Shown: positions 1-9,500 of the stretch, piece after piece | Numbering within the stretch: position 1 is the stretch's first letter | Layout: each line of letters begins with the position of its first letter | Made by a program: the position numbers and the translations under genes | Source of the DNA: Giardia intestinalis | Lineage: Eukaryota | Strand: one strand, 5' to 3' | DNA: 64,000 nt | Assembly: GCA_000002435.2 (NCBI GenBank) | Contig: CM018793.1 | Notes under the pieces: generated by a model | What the model saw: the letters and a program-made list of their open reading frames with translations, nothing else | What the model was told of the DNA's origin: nothing | The model's database searches: none

Positions 1-3000
1 GCACTATTCCCAAGTCGGCAAAGTTAAAAACCGTCAGCTGTAATGTGCTGAACAGCTTATCCAGAAGATGCAAGTGTTCTGTATACTTTGCTATGTGTCG
101 TCGGCACTCTGCTTCTTTCGTCTGGATTGTCTGCTCAATAGTTTGAATTCCTTGCTCTAAGTCATGTAACTCTTTGAGAAGCTCTTCTCTTTGGCTGACA
201 ACACTGGAGTGTCTGTTGCCTGCTTCTGTTAGTTGAGTCTTTAACGTGGATGTTTCAGTTTGAAGGTGTGGAAGCTTTTCGCTACTCAGTGTTTCCCGCT
301 GCTGGTCCAGCTCTTGCAACTTGTGACGATAATTATTAATTTCGTTTTGGAATCGATGCCTGTTGTTCTGCAGCTCTGTTATTTGCTTGCGAGTCCTGGC
401 TATTCGAGGCTCCAGCTTCTTTTGATTGATGCTGGCCTCCTGAAGGGCTTTTGTTAGCTCTTTCTGTTTCTCTGAATGAATGTTAAGGTTCCGCTTGATC
501 TCTATTTGCTCGTTGTTTGCTTGGTTCTCTTCGATTTTCCTTGTTAAAGCTTCTAGCGCTTGAATCTCGTTGGAAAGGCGTTCCTCTTCTGACTTCAGCT
601 GCAGCTCCTGGTCCCCAAGAAGAATCATTTGTCTCATATCAGCATGAAAGATGAATATGCTGCACGGTATGCTTCTAGTTGTGAAGGCATCGGCACATTG
701 GTCCAGAACATCCGTAACATCTCTGTTCGAGGGCTCTCCTCCCGAAAAGATGTCTCCAAAAAGCCCCATCGATAGGATGGAAGCAAGGGCACTGTTCTTA
801 AGTGACTTTAGATGGTGTGACATTGATGTGCTGAGGAGTGCTGGACCTATGTCAGGAAACTCCGACAGAGTGTCCTCAGAGATGCTAAGAAGCGTAGGAC
901 ACAGTCCCATTAGGTTATGTAGAGCATTCTCAATATCTCCGCAACCAGAAACGTCCTGCTCCTCCAGAGCATGATAGAGATCAGAGACCTCATTTCTAAC
1001 TAGGGCAGTAATCTCAATGGCAGACTTAGCCAGTACTGAAGATGCAAACGAGCTGCGAAGAGAGCTAAGAGCGCGAAAGATCAACTCCCGTGCCTTTGAA
1101 AACTCGTCCTGGAAGGCGGTGATTTTTGCCGTTATGGCAGACTTAGCAGCAGCTTCTTCAGACAACGTGGTTTGCGCCAATGCTCGTCTACACGTTTCCA
1201 ATTCGCTATTCAGACCTTCCAGCTTTTCGTGTATAGTGTCAATCTCTACAGAAATGTCATTCTTCAGCTTTCTCCTGTGCACCGCTTCATCTTCTCCCAA
1301 GTCTCTCCCGCGGGCTCCAGAGGCGCCAGTGCCAAGAGCAAATCCCCTACCACCCCGAAGCGTTTTGGCCTTGTCTCCGCCGCCACTGATTACTCCAGAT
1401 GGGTCAAAAACATCTCCCTCATAGGTAACTACACGCTGAGTTGCACCCCTTCCAGATGTAAGCCTATTTGCAAGGTTCATGTCCTCACACAGAAGGGTGT
1501 CCCTGACCACATGCCACAGGGCTGGTCTGCAAGCCTCATCTCTTACATGTAGCTGATCCAGGAAGAGAACAGTGCCCGGCGGAACGTTAACTTGAGGTTG
1601 CCCCGCAATATACTTTCGATATTGGTCACTAACGCGGGATAGGTCTATGAAGTTTGTGACGCCTCTTCGTTGTTCCCGTAGAAAGCGAAGGGCAAGCTCT
1701 ATATTTTCCATGGAATCCACGACTATCATGTTCAGAGACCCCCCAAATGCAGATATTGCTGCCAAATTAATGTCTTGAGAAGCAACCAATGCTAAGCTTC
1801 CTACTCTGCCATAGATTCCTTTAAGTATTCCTTTCGCTTGAGCATCTAGAAGCATTCGTTCTGTTTCTGTTTGCTCCCTCAACACGTCCTGGGAGGCATC
1901 GACGGCCTTTAGACGCTCCTGCAGCTCTACTAGTAACGCTTGAAGCTGTGCCTTTTCTGCATGTAATAATCTATTTTTGTTCTGCACCTGTTGGTATTCT
2001 TGAAGCCTCTCCTCGATGCCAGACAGTAACTGCGAAGAATTGACGTAGGACTCGAGAGATTCCATCAACGATTTAAGGCTAGTGCCAATCAAAAGAATCC
2101 ACAACATAATGTTGCAGCAGAGTTCCCCTAAAGCCGCTGCTGTGGCAAGGCCAGACTGTCTAATGGTTGAAAGTCGCGCGGTAACACCTATTAATTGCTT
2201 GCGCAACGGTACAATATTCTGTGAGATTGTCTCTAACTCTTCTCCTGCTCCTTTCTTACCTGCTTGAGACCCTCCCGCTTTGAAAAGTTTGTCACTTAAT
2301 TCAGAAATTATACCATCCAGACTAGCAATCTCATGCCGCAAGGCCTGTTCTCGTGCCGGAAATTCATTCATTTCTGCTTGATATTGTTGAATAGCCGCTT
2401 CGTGTGAGGCTATCTCTACATCACACTTAGTCAACCAGGACACATGAAGGTCCAGCTTCTCCTCGGTTACTGTCTTCTCTACCTCCAATTCTCTCATGCG
2501 CTCTGTACATCCCTTTTCCAGTGCTGCTAGCTCCTTTAACCTATCATTGAGTTTACCAACTTCAGTTTCAATGGATGAGATTTCTACATTCAGTGGGGAC
2601 AGTCGCTCATTCACCAAGTGCTCGCTTTGTTGGCGAAGCTGTTGTTGCTCTATGCGCCTTGCAGCTATCAGCTTCCGTTGGCTGAAAGCTTGCACCTGAG
2701 AGTACCGTGCGTAAAGCTTGGTACCTTCTGCCAATGACTTTAGGGAGTCCACCACAGCAGCGTGCTGCTCCTCGAGCTCATCTCTATAGGAAACTGCAGT
2801 GCGTAGACGCGTTCGTACTTGGGATCGGGCCTCTTCGAGCAATTGGGTTTCAGCTGTGAGCTGAGCAATGACGGGCACATGCTTATGGGTCCCCACTATG
2901 TTCTCAAGAAACTCCAAAAGCCCACCCTCTCCCGCAGAGGTTACGGAATCCAGATTTGGAGGGTTTTGGGTCTTGTCTCTCAAGTGCTTCAGAAAGGCTT

Positions 3001-3514
3001 CTGTTTGTAAATCCAGTAGGGACTCTGCATTTCGGGGCTTCATAAGCGAAACTTGCTCTATCTCGCCCTGTAGAATTAGGAACCGGTGGCTGGAGAGGTC
3101 CATTCCCCGCTCTCGCATAAAGGTTACGATATCAGCTTGTGTGGCGCGCATTGCATTGATTTCATAATATGACTCCGAGCTTTTACGACGAACGGCTCTA
3201 GAAATAGTGAACTCTGCTCCTGGAACAGCTGCATCCTGGCTGTCATCCCAGAGCGTAAAGTAAACATCTACGCGCGCATGATCCAGCTCCGGATGCTCTG
3301 AGGACGTGTGTATTAAGTCTGCGAGCCTAGAGTGGCGCAGGGCACGGGCTCGCCACCCGAAAACAAAAAGGAGCGAGTCTATAACGTTACTTTTCCCCGA
3401 GCCATTAGCGCCTAGAATACACGAAAAGGATGGCTTGAACGGGCCCAGCACGTGCTCTCCTGCGTAAGACTTGAAGTTTACTAGTCTTAGCTTTGTCAGA
3501 ATGATGCGAGCCAT
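1..3514 (-). CDS. SMC4: SMC family ATPase, SMC4-like condensin subunit (partial; C-terminus lies beyond window start)
   Basis: Minus-strand ATG at 3514..3512 opens a frame with no stop to position 1. N-terminus MARIILTKLRLVNFKSYAGEHVLGPFKPSFSCILGANGSGKSNVIDSLLFVFGWRA carries the Walker A motif and matches the SMC4 head nearly residue for residue. Downstream hinge GIYGRVGSLALVASQD...MIVVDSMENIELALRFLREQRRGVTNFIDL sits between long coiled-coil arms. The ORF track omitted it because it runs off the window edge. Confidence 0.85.
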   Translation of the reverse strand, partial: MARIILTKLRLVNFKSYAGEHVLGPFKPSFSCILGANGSGKSNVIDSLLFVFGWRARALRHSRLADLIHTSSEHPELDHARVDVYFTLWDDSQDAAVPGAEFTISRAVRRKSSESYYEINAMRATQADIVTFMRERGMDLSSHRFLILQGEIEQVSLMKPRNAESLLDLQTEAFLKHLRDKTQNPPNLDSVTSAGEGGLLEFLENIVGTHKHVPVIAQLTAETQLLEEARSQVRTRLRTAVSYRDELEEQHAAVVDSLKSLAEGTKLYARYSQVQAFSQRKLIAARRIEQQQLRQQSEHLVNERLSPLNVEISSIETEVGKLNDRLKELAALEKGCTERMRELEVEKTVTEEKLDLHVSWLTKCDVEIASHEAAIQQYQAEMNEFPAREQALRHEIASLDGIISELSDKLFKAGGSQAGKKGAGEELETISQNIVPLRKQLIGVTARLSTIRQSGLATAAALGELCCNIMLWILLIGTSLKSLMESLESYVNSSQLLSGIEERLQEYQQVQNKNRLLHAEKAQLQALLVELQERLKAVDASQDVLREQTETERMLLDAQAKGILKGIYGRVGSLALVASQDINLAAISAFGGSLNMIVVDSMENIELALRFLREQRRGVTNFIDLSRVSDQYRKYIAGQPQVNVPPGTVLFLDQLHVRDEACRPALWHVVRDTLLCEDMNLANRLTSGRGATQRVVTYEGDVFDPSGVISGGGDKAKTLRGGRGFALGTGASGARGRDLGEDEAVHRRKLKNDISVEIDTIHEKLEGLNSELETCRRALAQTTLSEEAAAKSAITAKITAFQDEFSKARELIFRALSSLRSSFASSVLAKSAIEITALVRNEVSDLYHALEEQDVSGCGDIENALHNLMGLCPTLLSISEDTLSEFPDIGPALLSTSMSHHLKSLKNSALASILSMGLFGDIFSGGEPSNRDVTDVLDQCADAFTTRSIPCSIFIFHADMRQMILLGDQELQLKSEEERLSNEIQALEALTRKIEENQANNEQIEIKRNLNIHSEKQKELTKALQEASINQKKLEPRIARTRKQITELQNNRHRFQNEINNYRHKLQELDQQRETLSSEKLPHLQTETSTLKTQLTEAGNRHSSVVSQREELLKELHDLEQGIQTIEQTIQTKEAECRRHIAKYTEHLHLLDKLFSTLQLTVFNFADLGIV

Positions 3515-3563
3515 GTAATTGAAATGTGAATGCAGATTTTATTTCAGCTGCAACCTGAAGGGC

Positions 3564-3866
3564 TCAGTGGCCCGAAGCCTGGGGCGGCATGCACTGGAAG
3601 GCATCGAACCTTTGGATGTCGACGGTGTCTGCAGCGGGGGCAGGCTTGCGCTGACCACCGCGTGACTGGGGGATCTCCAGGTCCACCTCCTGGTGGAAGA
3701 GCTCGGCTGCCGGGATTTCCCGAAGGGGCGAGATCCGGGGGGCCTCGCTGTAGAGCGGGGCCTGCGCGACCGGGCCGAGGATGCCCCCGGGGCTGGGGGC
3801 GGGCGTGTCGGTAATCTTGTGGGGCGGCGGCTGCGGGGGCTGCGGCGCGCGGGTCTTCCGGGGCAT
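3564..3866 (-). CDS. hypothetical small proline-rich protein (about 100 aa) with extreme GC3 codon bias
   Basis: ATG at 3866..3864 and stop TGA at 3566..3564. About 88% of third codon positions are G/C (CCC, GCC, GAC, ATC, CTC...), typical of highly expressed Giardia genes. The other five frames are open only because the region is GC-rich. The track's upstream extension to 3929 starts on GTG. The ORF ends 49 bp upstream of the SMC4 ATG on the same strand. Confidence 0.45.
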   Translation of the reverse strand: MPRKTRAPQPPQPPPHKITDTPAPSPGGILGPVAQAPLYSEAPRISPLREIPAAELFHQEVDLEIPQSRGGQRKPAPAADTVDIQRFDAFQCMPPQASGH

Positions 3867-3929
3867 TTTCCAGCCACACAGCCCAAGCAGACACAGACAC
3901 GCCCGTCCTTCGCGCCCTCGCGCCCGCAC

Positions 3930-4003
3930 GTGCCCGTGGCGTAATTGGATAGCGCGCCTGACTACGGATCAGGAGGTTGCAGGTTCAAGTCCTGCCGGGT
4001 ACG
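3930..4003 (+). tRNA. tRNA-Arg (anticodon ACG)
   Basis: A manual cloverleaf fits. Acceptor GTGCCCG/CGGGTAC has one G-U pair. U8, D-stem GCGT/GCGC, and D-loop AATTGGATA are present. Anticodon stem CCTGA/TCAGG encloses loop CTACGGA with U33, anticodon ACG and G37. Variable loop AGGTT, T-stem GCAGG/CCTGC, and T-loop TTCAAGT follow. Discriminator is G and the length is 74 nt. Confidence 0.85.
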
Positions 4004-4013
4004 CTTTATCGAG

Positions 4014-6557
4014 ATGGCAGACGCCTGGTTTGCTGCGGCGCGCAAGGGCGACAGGGGGCGCGTCGAGCCTCAGCTATCCTCCTTTGCAGGCAGCAGAGAT
4101 TCCCGGGGACGCACTGCGCTCATGCACGCTGCAGAGTCGGGGGCAGTTGGGGTCATTTCCCTCCTTGTTCCAGAAGAGAAACTCATGGTCGATAACACAG
4201 ATAATTGCGCACTCTCACTAGCAATCTTAGCGGGAAACCTGGAGGCCGCGAAGGCCCTGGTTTATCACGAGTCTACCTTCCGTTATAAAGATGGCCGAGA
4301 CTGCCTCATGTTAGCCGCAGAAGTCGCGGATCTGGATATAGTCGCTCTCCTGGCACAACACGTTGAAAAGAATACAGATGCATACGGCCAAACGGCTCTT
4401 TCATTTGCCGTCCGTCGAGGGGATACCAAGATCATTAAGTATTTACTGCAGCGGTTTAGCTTTACAGAGCAAGAGCTTCTTAGCACTCTTCACAACTTCT
4501 CCGGGCCAAATTTTGTGGAAACCAGCAGCTTGATTTATCTGCAGAGTCGTCGCCTCAAATCCGAGCTTTGCTGCAACTGTCAAACGCTGACAACTAGAAT
4601 GCTGTCACTTGAGCAGGAGATCAGGAGGCTCCAGAACATTCTACAGACAGAACATGTGCAGAATAAAACATTGCATTCAAAACTTCAAGAGCTAGCAGAC
4701 AAGCTGGAATGCCCAAAGGACATTGTGTTTCAAAAACTGGACCAGATGCTATGTTATCTTCTCACTATCCCAGAGAGCCTGCTCAAGGTTCCCATGGAGC
4801 TTTTCGATCACGAGTGTTTCTCAACTAGAAGCTTAAAGGAGCTACCCTTACCCTCAATACAGGCGCTAGACCAATTAAATAAACACATTTTAAATGCAGT
4901 GGAAAAGTACAATCACCAAATTTTTATTCTCCGACAACAGATTGAAACACTCACAAACGAAAAAGACCTTCTTCGGAGGAAGCTCAGCAATTCAGAGCAT
5001 GCTCAGGAGAAACTAGCAGTTGTAATTAAAGCTAAAGAGCAGGAAATTGCAAAGGTTATTGATAAGCACAAGGAATTTAATATCCGGGTCTCTCTACAAG
5101 AAGATGAGCTAAGGAAAAGCAAAGACGCAATAGCTACCCTGACGAAACAGAATAATGAACTAGTACACCAGCTGGAGATATTAGCTTATGAAGATGCTAC
5201 AGTTACCAAAGACGGTATCACCCCGTTAATGAAAAGCATTATGCTGGGGGACTTTGACGCTGCTATGAGCTTTGTTAAGAGATATGCAGGAAGAAAGTCT
5301 GGCGACGGGTCGACAGCCCTACACCTGTTGTTGCAAGCGAAGCGTCTCTGTCCTAGTCCTGCGTCCGTTAAAGGCTATAGCTCGCTCCTGAGCAAACAGA
5401 AAGAAAAACAGCACGCTACTGGACGTATAGATATGCAGGTGTACACGCCTCTAGCGGACAGAGATACAGTCACATCCAATCAGCACCAAAAAGTGCATGC
5501 TCTGCAGTTCAAAGAGTTACCTACAGAAGATTGTCAAACAGTCATATCATCTCAGCCCCCCTGTATAGATGGTAGTGACACAGTCAGCTTAAGTAGCACA
5601 TTAGACCCATTTTTCAGTACATGTGCTCCGTTAAGGTTTATAGATTGCCAGCTGCAGATAGAGGTACTTATACCCTATTTTGACGCAATGATCACCGCAG
5701 AGTTAGAGCCTATGCTTTCCCCAGACGACATTACGGCGGTTTCTCTTTTCCGGCAACTTGCAGAGATAGAGGCTGATTTGCGAAATAAGAACAACGAGAC
5801 AGCTCTAGAGCTAGTACTAAACGATAAGAACATCTTCGCAATTGACATTCTTGCTCCCCACCAAGCACACATCACAACCTCTAAGGGGAACCTCCCCATA
5901 TTTGAGGCGATCAAAATGGCAGCGGACTATCCCCAAGAATGTCAAGACACTAATAGAGAGGAAAGAGCAAAGACTGCGACGGCATGCAGGATATTATTAC
6001 CGCACTCTGTTGGTCTTTGCAGTGACGAGGGTACCACACCACTGATGATGGCCGCACAGCAAAACGTTCAGGAAATCTCATCATTGCTAATGGAGTCTGA
6101 AGCACGAAAACAGAATCTTTATGGGGACACAGCCCTTATGATAGCCGTAGCGTGTGGTCATACCCAAATTGTGCAGGATCTAGCGCCACTGGAGGCGGGT
6201 ATTCTAAATAATGATGGAATTTCGGCCCTAATGTTGGCAATACGGCTGCAAAGGGAGGCAGAGCTAAGGATCCTACTACCGTACGAATTGACGATCCTCG
6301 ATAAACAGGACGAACAACCGCTCCTTACGGTACTTCATACACATAATGCTAGGCTCTCTTATCTTCTTATTGAGGAGCTCATGGTAAAGGTGAGAGCAGC
6401 GTTTGGCGCGGACTCGTCTGCTGAAGTTTCTCTTGACAAGATACAAGAGAATGTTCTGTCTTTTAAGTTTAACTCTGCAATCGCAAAGGCCATTAGTTGG
6501 AGCCATCACTGGCAGGCACTCCATTTGATAGGTAGTCACCCTACGACATCAGAATGA
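4014..6557 (+). CDS. ankyrin-repeat / coiled-coil protein (Giardia 'protein 21.1'-type)
   Basis: The first ATG (MADAWFAAARKG) lies 11 nt after the tRNA 3' end. The track start at 3945 is a TTG that reads through the tRNA. N-terminal ankyrin repeats (TALMHAAESGAVGV..., NCALSLAILAGNLEAAKALV, GQTALSFAVRRGDTKIIKYLL) are followed by a central heptad-rich coiled coil and C-terminal ankyrin repeats (TPLMMAAQQN..., GDTALMIAVACGHTQIV, GISALMLAIRLQ). Confidence 0.8.
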   Translation: MADAWFAAARKGDRGRVEPQLSSFAGSRDSRGRTALMHAAESGAVGVISLLVPEEKLMVDNTDNCALSLAILAGNLEAAKALVYHESTFRYKDGRDCLMLAAEVADLDIVALLAQHVEKNTDAYGQTALSFAVRRGDTKIIKYLLQRFSFTEQELLSTLHNFSGPNFVETSSLIYLQSRRLKSELCCNCQTLTTRMLSLEQEIRRLQNILQTEHVQNKTLHSKLQELADKLECPKDIVFQKLDQMLCYLLTIPESLLKVPMELFDHECFSTRSLKELPLPSIQALDQLNKHILNAVEKYNHQIFILRQQIETLTNEKDLLRRKLSNSEHAQEKLAVVIKAKEQEIAKVIDKHKEFNIRVSLQEDELRKSKDAIATLTKQNNELVHQLEILAYEDATVTKDGITPLMKSIMLGDFDAAMSFVKRYAGRKSGDGSTALHLLLQAKRLCPSPASVKGYSSLLSKQKEKQHATGRIDMQVYTPLADRDTVTSNQHQKVHALQFKELPTEDCQTVISSQPPCIDGSDTVSLSSTLDPFFSTCAPLRFIDCQLQIEVLIPYFDAMITAELEPMLSPDDITAVSLFRQLAEIEADLRNKNNETALELVLNDKNIFAIDILAPHQAHITTSKGNLPIFEAIKMAADYPQECQDTNREERAKTATACRILLPHSVGLCSDEGTTPLMMAAQQNVQEISSLLMESEARKQNLYGDTALMIAVACGHTQIVQDLAPLEAGILNNDGISALMLAIRLQREAELRILLPYELTILDKQDEQPLLTVLHTHNARLSYLLIEELMVKVRAAFGADSSAEVSLDKIQENVLSFKFNSAIAKAISWSHHWQALHLIGSHPTTSE

Positions 6558-9500
6558 TTCGCTTTGTTAAGCACATCATCTATGCCTTGCTTGAGGTTGG
6601 CCAATGTACTATCGACTTGGTTACAATACCCCCTGACATTGCTATACATCGTGTTGGATGCAGGTGACGTATGGTCACATAACATCTCGAGTACGCTCGG
6701 GTCTACTACAGCACTGCTCCATGCAAGGTTCTGCTGGTCTGTCGTTGAGTGTCGTATTGCCCGCGCAGGCGTCTGGTCTTGGTGATACGGTGAATCGACG
6801 TCCACTATTGGATCTTCAAGGGCAGAGTAGTCCTCAGACTTCATCTGCCTATTAGATTGAAATGTGTGTTTGGTACCTTGCAAGTCGATCATGCTTGTCT
6901 CACCGAGTCGAGCCGCTGATGACAGCAGCCCATTGAATGGTCGCGTTGATGATTTGTCTGTTCCGCTTGTGACAGTAGAAAAAGAGGGATCATCTACCTC
7001 GTTGAACTCCCCTAACTTGCGCCGCACAGACTGTAGCAAGTCTCTGGCAGTGCCTTTTAAGTTAAGGTCATTTGATCCGCTATCTTCAAGCGTTTCTATA
7101 TCCTTGTTGCCAAGGGTATAGCTCTGATCCCTATCTTGGATAATCACTTGCACAGGCAACTGGTTCTTCTGGGTCTGAAGCATGCTCCCTGCGCTCTTCT
7201 CATAATTGGTCATGGTGGCTGCGTACGTATTACTATTTTCATACCCCATGTTATCTACTCCTGTCACCTTCGTTATCTGAGAGTCGGATTTCTCTGGCCG
7301 ATGCATCCCAATCTGTCTAGGTGTCTGGCTATTTGTACGAGGATTTTGAGGCGGTACTGATCCTGTTCTCGAGGCACTACGAGACGGAATAGGCAAGGAA
7401 GTAGAGTGCGAAGGCAGTTGAGTTCCAAGTGGTTGTGAGGTTGAGGCATGCAAGGACACCGATGGTTGTGGTAAGAAGGTAGATGTCGTTGTCTCTAGAT
7501 AGTTTCGTGAAAACTCAGGCTGTGAATGGGAATGAGCCTGCTTACCCTGGTGAGCATCTGGTGCAAGTATGGGTTCCTGCACAGAGCTTATCGTCAAGTC
7601 TTTTTCATTGGCTGCCAGTGGAAACCCTGGCTCTGGCTGGTAGGAGGCTCGATGGGGTACAGGATGAACACTGAGATGCAGCGGCTCTATCGCTGTAGAT
7701 GAAACGGAAATACTCTCGAGAGCACTGCGGCGCGCTAAGATAGACCTATATGTGTCTTGCGGTTCTGTGCTCTCTGGAAGCATGAAACTGACGCTAGGCT
7801 TTTGGGTATTATCAGAATTTGTATAGGGGGACGTGCTTCCGCCTTCGGAACCGCGAGCTGCAGAAACAGATGGTATTGTGATACGCAAGTTGCTTTGTGG
7901 GGCTACCAATGGGATTTGGTAAGGAAGTTGTTGGGCCAATGAACTGATAGAGTTATGAGATACTCCTGTTGCATCACCCATCGATGAATCACCTAAAGCC
8001 CTGCCTCTACTAGCAGTCGTGCTAATAGAGGGAGCAGTTGTCTGCTGAGACACCGGGGTTTTTGAAGAGGCGGAGACAAAGCGAACGCTATCAACGGGAT
8101 GTAGTGTTTGTGGAGGCTGGGGATAATGTAGTAGATCTTCCTCACACTCGCTAAGGTAGGCGCTCTTGATCACTGGGCGTGCTTCGGGGTGAGTATACTC
8201 AAGCTGGGGGTCAACTCCAAGCTTTTCTGCAATGAGATCAGAGCCATTGCTTGACGGTATTGAATCCCGGAGAGCGTATGTAGACGGATCAGCAGATGCT
8301 ACTTGACGATCCAAGGTATCGATAAGGTCCAGAAGAGTGTCTCTGGGAGCCCGCTCCAATTCAAGCAACTCTCTCCGTGGAGCAAGGCGGTCTGTGTTGA
8401 GGAGCATGTCAACCTTATTAACAAGCTCCTGCGTCTCTTCTGTGTCGCTGGTTGTGCTACGCATACTCACATGCTGAACTCCCACAGAGGTTTTAAGTGA
8501 TTGTGCTCTTGAAGCAGCAACGGACCTATCTACAGAGCATACTGTGCGCTTGGGTTGACTGACCTTGGATCCTGTTGCAGGTCTTTTAGGTTGCTGTAGT
8601 TGCTGACGCTGGAGCTGGCGCTGACGTAGCTGATACGGTACTCCGGTGCTTTTAACTTGCGTTTTGGGCGTTCTGGAAGTGGCTCGTGGTGTTTGTGTTT
8701 CCACAGTTATGTGCTCAATACAGCGTGTTGGAAGGGCCTTTGGGGCACTCCTAGACAATGGAGTCTGTACAGAAATTGATACTGGTCTTGAGGACACCTT
8801 TTGTTGATTAGTCAAAGGCTTAACTTGTTCATTGCTTGCAGTTTGCCTGCATTTAGGAGATTCTCCTGGGCGTGGATCATACACTCCGCGATCTTCACAA
8901 ACTTGGCACAATGTAGACTCCGGTTGGGGTGGTAGGTCAAACTCGGTGCTCCTGGCGCGTGCTGGCCCGATAGAACTGGTCCCAGGTTCCTGCTTCAACG
9001 GAAGGTCTGCAGCCCGTGACCCCCGTTCTTTCCTGGAGCAGCTTCTGACCGCCGTGATACCTTTCAAAAGGGCATGCTGAACCGCGTTTCCAATAAGCTG
9101 CTTGTTCCTCTTATCGGATTCTGAGCGTTTTCGAGCCTGTTCGCTCAGATTTACCACAAATCCATTTGCATCATTGATGGCCCCTCTATAGGTAACCGAG
9201 TCTTGCTTTTGAACCGCAGGATGGACCGACCGTCTTTCACGCAGATCGCCTTCTATGGCACTAGTAGCTTCGCGTACATGCACATCTGTGGTTGCTACTT
9301 CCTGGGCCATTTCTCGTGCAATGTGTTCAGCTATCTGCTGGGACTTCGAAGAGCTGACTGGAATAAATTCAATGTCCTCTGTTTGCACTGCTCTACCGGA
9401 TTGATCGAGGCGCTGAGATCTGGGCTTAAATGCAGAGATGGTAAACGTTGAACCTAATTCATGATCGGCATTATCGTTGACAGCAGGCGAAGGTGGCTCG

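Noticed and set aside
3530-4221. Six mutually overlapping track ORFs (3530..3814 +, 3539..3886 -, 3544..3900 -, 3693..3944 +, 3781..4221 +, and the 3945 start of the 870-aa ORF)
   Set aside because: They are open only because the segment is about 70% GC. Several begin on GTG/TTG, and two read through the tRNA-Arg gene. Only the minus frame ending at 3564 shows frame-specific GC3 bias, and it is reported separately.
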